This document shows, one piece after another, positions 58,934 to 64,000 of a stretch of DNA of 64,000 nucleotides. The translations under genes were made by a program, and so were the position numbers. The notes under the pieces were generated by a model, which was not told the DNA's origin, did not search any database, and saw only the letters and a program-made list of their open reading frames with translations. The DNA is taken from NCBI RefSeq assembly GCF_009914755.1, contig NC_060929.1; one strand, written 5' to 3'. Each line of letters opens with the position of its first letter. Position 1 is the first letter of the stretch. This stretch comes from the human T2T-CHM13v2.0 reference genome, Homo sapiens.

Positions 58934-61335
58934 TAAGTACTTCATTAATTGTAAACCATATTTGATTTAGAAACCATTTATACGTAATTTCTGGACTTGT
59001 ATTCAATTAAAATAATCTATGCTAATATGTGCAAATTATAATCCCACTCTTGCTTTGATCATCTGTTTTCTGCCACTAACTGCCACTGAGGAGTGGAAAA
59101 AGAAGGCACATAGCTGTAATCTAATTTCAAATAATATTTGTCAGGGAAGATGTTTGGTTGGAAAATGCATGGCTTTTTTAACTCAGATTTTATTCTATAA
59201 GTGATTATTGGGGGCAGAGGGTAGAAAAAAAGTGAGAATACATGTCTGTCTCATGATAAACAAAAGCCTGAGATGTTACAGTTACTTACTAAAATCACTT
59301 TTATCATATGAAGATTTTGGATAAATCATTATTAAGGAAACTAAGGACAGCTGTGGCATGGAATCAGCGGGCTTTCAGTTTGAATCCCAGTTACTCACAA
59401 ATGTAAAGTGGTATTTTCATTCCTCTTTTGTTAAAATGCTTTTTTTAAATGTAGGAAGTTTACATTTTGTCCTAGATCACATTGGCTTCTGTTCCCACAG
59501 GAAATGTTATATGCTATATGTCAGTTTTCATTTCATTAAAAGTGAAAGTAAACATGGTATGCATCAGCCAAACAGTAACTAATCCCGACATAATTTCAGT
59601 ATTAAATGAGGCTTGGAATATGTATTTGAATGGGCATGATAGTTTGGGAAACTCTAATTCAGAGATGTCCCACTTATAACAGTGATGTTGGGGAATAGGG
59701 TTACCAGTTATGGCCTATATTTGCTCTGTCATATCACGTTCTTACAGTATGTAATTATATTTGGAGAAATATCCTTTGAGCCATAGTATTTTGGAGTCAA
59801 GTATTAGGCTATAATTTAGACATTGTTTTAGTAGAATAAAGTAACTTTATAAGATTGTTCCAGATCTTTGTTCTATATCTCTGTCTTTTATCCTTCCCCC
59901 TTGCAGAAGTCATTCCTATTTACCTTATTTAAAAAACGAGAGAAAGTATAACTCAGGCTGAAATAAAGCACCAGACTAAAAAGAGATGCCCATTTTCATT
60001 CAATATTTATATTTGCCAGAATAAAGGGAGACAAATAATTATTTTGCCTTTAAGGCCTTGATTCTGGATGATAGATTAAGTAGACAGACTGTTGACCACA
60101 TGTGACTTAAGGAATATTGTTAATTATTTTACCAATCTTTGGATCAAGGTTTGCTTGAAGTAAGTAAGCTGTGCTGTGGATAAACCTTTGGATGATAAAG
60201 AGTGAGCTGTATTGCCTTCAATATTGTTTGCATCAGAACATTACTAAGTGGTATCGATTTTGAAAAATAAAATTCAACTTTCTGAGAACATAGACCAGAT
60301 TCAAGTATTTTTATCTTTTTTTCCCCCCTTTTTTCAGAGAATGGAATCTCTCCACGTTGCCCAAGCAGGTCTCGAACTCCTGTACTTGAGCTATTCTCCC
60401 ACCTCTGCCTCCCTAAGTGCTGGGATTACAAGCGTGAGCCACTGTTCATGGCCTTAGGGACTTTTAAATGTTAAATTGATTTTGACCTACCCAGGAGCTA
60501 GAGAATACCAATGATTACAGAGGGGAGAATAAAATTGCCGTATAGATTTTCTGTGCTCCTTTAGAAAATCCATTCTGGAGTAAAGAGATGGGCAATTGGT
60601 CAACTGAGTTTCTTTCTTGTATAATATGTCAGAGTTTGATATTGTCAGTCTGTTAACCAAGATTTTTATTGGGATATTTGCTGAAAGAGGCTCTAAGAAT
60701 ATCCCATCACCAGTAATTAGAATTTGTTACAGGTTTCAGTCAGGGTAGTTGAAAGGGAGCTAATTTGGTAACACAATAACCTAGTACCCAACTAATTCAG
60801 GAGCATGAAGAAAAATTGGTTGATTAAGGCTTAAGTCAGATAAATAATACTATAGGTTGACATGGCTGGGTTAGCTCAGGTTTGTATATTTGTTTTTTCA
60901 AAGAGGCAGACTTTTCCTAAGATTAGAATCCACAGTAATGATGGAAGCAGGAAACTTAGGGGCAGGCCATAGGTGTAAAATCAAAGTTGAGCTGCTTCTG
61001 TGTTACAGCTGTAAGCACAGGAAGTTGCCCATTTTTTTCAAGCACTATTTCTGCATAGTCATATATCAGCTAGTGTTGTCAACATAGACACAAGAGACAA
61101 TAGGAATACGTACATGCAATTCCACCATCAGCTAAAAAACCCACATAAGTCTTTGAAGCTCTCAAATAACACGCATGACACTGAATGGTACATTTTGATG
61201 CACTTTGAAACTCTTATCTCTTTAGTTGGTAAGTACATTTGAACACTTAATATGTGCTCAGCAGAAGAGAAGGAGAACAAGGGAAGTCTAATATAAAATC
61301 AGGATTTTTTCTTTTCTCTTTGAAGCCAATTAGAA

Positions 61336-61338
61336 TGT

Positions 61339-61378
<40 letters not shown>

Positions 61379-61396
61379 GTGTGTGTGTGTGTGTGT
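61336..61396. repeat. (TG)n microsatellite, imperfect
   Basis: TG run with 2 interruptions. Confidence 0.97.
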
Positions 61397-61677
61397 ATTA
61401 TTTAGTGTAGTAATCCTTGGGTTTTTTTTAAAAAAACGTGTTTTACTATGAAGTGTAACATACAAGAAAGTGATAACATATGACATATACAGCTTACAAA
61501 TGGTTGTAAGAATTAATACACTTTGTAAGTGCCACCCATGGTAAAAATAAGTAGGTGGAGAAGGAGGAGAAGAAAAGAAGAATTTAACTAGCATGTCAGA
61601 AGTCTCATGGATCTCTTTCCAGTCACAACCCTCTCACCAAGCTCGATTCCTATTCCCTGAGTAAGTTCTAATCTTAC

Positions 61678-61976
61678 TTTTCTTTTTTTTTTTTTTTTTG
61701 AGAGAGAGTCTGACTCTGTCACCCAAGCTAGAGTGGTGCAATCTCGGTTCACTGCAATCTCTGCCTCCTGGGTTCAAGTGATTCTCCTGCCTCAGCCTCC
61801 CGAGTAGCTGGGATTACAGGCATGTGCCACCATGCTGTGCTAATTTTTGTATTTTTAGTAGAGATGGGTTTTCGCCATGTTGGCCAGGCTAGTCTTGAAC
61901 TCCTGACCTTAGGTGATCCGCCCGCCTCAGCCTCCCAAAGTGCTAGTATTACAGGCATCAGCCACCGTGCCCAGCC
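61678..61976 (-). mobile_element. AluS, followed by an old L1M fragment (~62030-62350)
   Basis: Full Alu; TSD taatcttactttt. Confidence 0.93.
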
Positions 61977-64000
61977 TAATCTTACTTTTAAAGTAATCAT
62001 TTATTGCTTTTCTTTACAGTTTACCACTTGGATGTGCATCCATATGTACCATATACAACCATAGAGTTTAGTGTTGTGTGTCTGGAAACTTTACAGAATG
62101 AGGTCATACTTTATATATTCTTTTGTCTTGTTTCTTTCACTTGTTATCTATGATGTTGAATGTAGATGCAGTCTGTTCATTTTCATTGCTATGTAGTATT
62201 CCATTAAATAAACGACAACTTATTTATCCATTCTACTATGTTGGACATCTGGGTTGCTTACAGTTTGCATTACAGATAATGTTCCTGTGAATATAGTTAT
62301 GCTATCCCTTGGTGCATATAGGCTTGCATTTCTGTTGGACATAGTCCTAGTCAGTAAAAAGGAATATGACAGAAGTCAATGAAACTGTCTTTTTCTGAAT
62401 GAAAATTTAGTGAGCCAGTAATCTAATGAGGAAAACAGCTGTTCTTTTTGTTATTCTAATGGTAGGTGCTGTCTGGATATAAAGATGACCATTTCATTTG
62501 CTTAATATGAATGTCTACAAGTATGTTTCACCAAGAAAATAAAATACATTTTAGTTTTAAACCATATCTGGTATTATTTCTAGAATTCTAAAATTAACAG
62601 GATAAAAAGTCCTTAGAGGGCAAGGATTCTTTCATTTTTTAAATGTACTTCACAGTGACCATAGCAATGCTATTAAGATGCTGAATCCCAACCAAATATG
62701 CATTCTCTTGACAAATATACTTTGGAGTAAAATTATTTGTACAAATGCATATAACTTTTCAGATGTCCAGAACTTTAATTTTTCCTTTATTCTAAAAAGG
62801 GGGAAAAGATGGATTCCTTTAACTTAAAACTGTTTCTGTTTTGAAAGCCTCTATCCTGAAAGATAGAAAATAATAGTTTTGATGAATCCATGTAATATTC
62901 TGTGTTCTTCACAATTTTTCTTACAACATTATTCCTCTATACATGTTCTTAGTATAGATAATATTAATGTATTTCTGAGGCCATTAATAATTATAATTTG
63001 GGCCTTTTGTTTGCCTTTTGAACCTGGAAGACAAAATAGATAGTATATTAAGATGCAAATGTATATTTTCTAATGGACTTGTGCTTCAAAGCATATGTAT
63101 TTTAGGGCTTGGCCTGATTTTGCCAGCTAAGGCCAGATCATTGTAAATTGATTTCAATATCTTTCTGCTTTTATAAGCTTTGTTCTAAAGCTTCACAGGA
63201 AGAATCAAAATAATGTTTGTCACACTGTTCTAGCTTAGCTGAAATCTTGTTCCTGTTTACACTAAATGACCATTGGCCTAATGCAGTTAACATGAGTACT
63301 TTACAACTCATCCAAGAACTATTTCAAGTGTTGAGGAAAAGGCACTTTAATTGAAAAATTACTTATGCAGGATCAGACTGAGCGAGAATGCTGTTTTTTG
63401 TACATTCAGCATATTACACATACCACGCTCCATTTTGCTCCTTTGTTATAACAAATGAATTCTTTTTTGCAATGAAAGGATTCTTATGGTTTATCTTCCT
63501 TGGGGATTGTAACTTTCAAAAGGTGCTCTTAAATATATTACTACTTTATTTAAACTATTCACTTCCCAGATGTGCAGTGCTTTGCACAAAGAATAATTCA
63601 CTAATGCCTTGAGCACACAAAAGGAAAATGCTCTGCTGGGTTTCCCTTTTTATTTTACTTTCCAGTGGTAGGTTTATGACTTGATGCCCAGCTTCTTAAT
63701 AAATTCACCTCTCACAGGACACAGTTCTCTTTAATATGTTTTCCATGCTTATAGAAAGAAACACTGTATTAGCAAACACCAGTAGAAATTTCATTTTCAC
63801 CACGTTGCTTTCTCTGGGTATATATAGAGAAACCCCTTAAAGGGCTTCTCCAGGACAACTGAAAGTTATCTTTTTCATTGATCTCTTCTGTGGCTTTAAA
63901 ATATTTTCTTGACAACATATTGTTTTTATTAATCTAAATTAAGCATTTTAGATTCTTTTATGAATTTAAAAGATATTAAAACCAAAGAATTGGAAAAATA

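Overview
Human/primate genomic DNA that I recognise as the NDUFAF2 / SMIM15 / SMIM15-AS1 locus (human 5q12). Identifiable genes: the last coding exon of NDUFAF2 (+, 31120-31371), the whole SMIM15 gene (-, CDS 38376-38600), and a CpG-island bidirectional promoter (~40.4-41.4 kb) with a divergent lncRNA. About half the window is interspersed repeat (two L1PA copies, ~20 Alus, ERVL/MaLR LTRs, an ERVL pol remnant, Tigger/MER DNA transposons, L2/MIR). Main finding: the repeat-free stretches carry a chain of minus-strand exon remnants with splice signals. Hand-translated, they follow the domain order of a dynein heavy chain (linker, AAA1, AAA2, AAA3, AAA4, stalk/MTBD, AAA5, strut). This suggests a long-dead, multi-exon dynein-heavy-chain-like gene spanning at least 0.8-46.5 kb, antisense to NDUFAF2, with SMIM15 nested inside it. 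The dynein comparisons rely on remembered consensus motifs and need a profile search to confirm. Repeat subfamily calls and most repeat boundaries are approximate.
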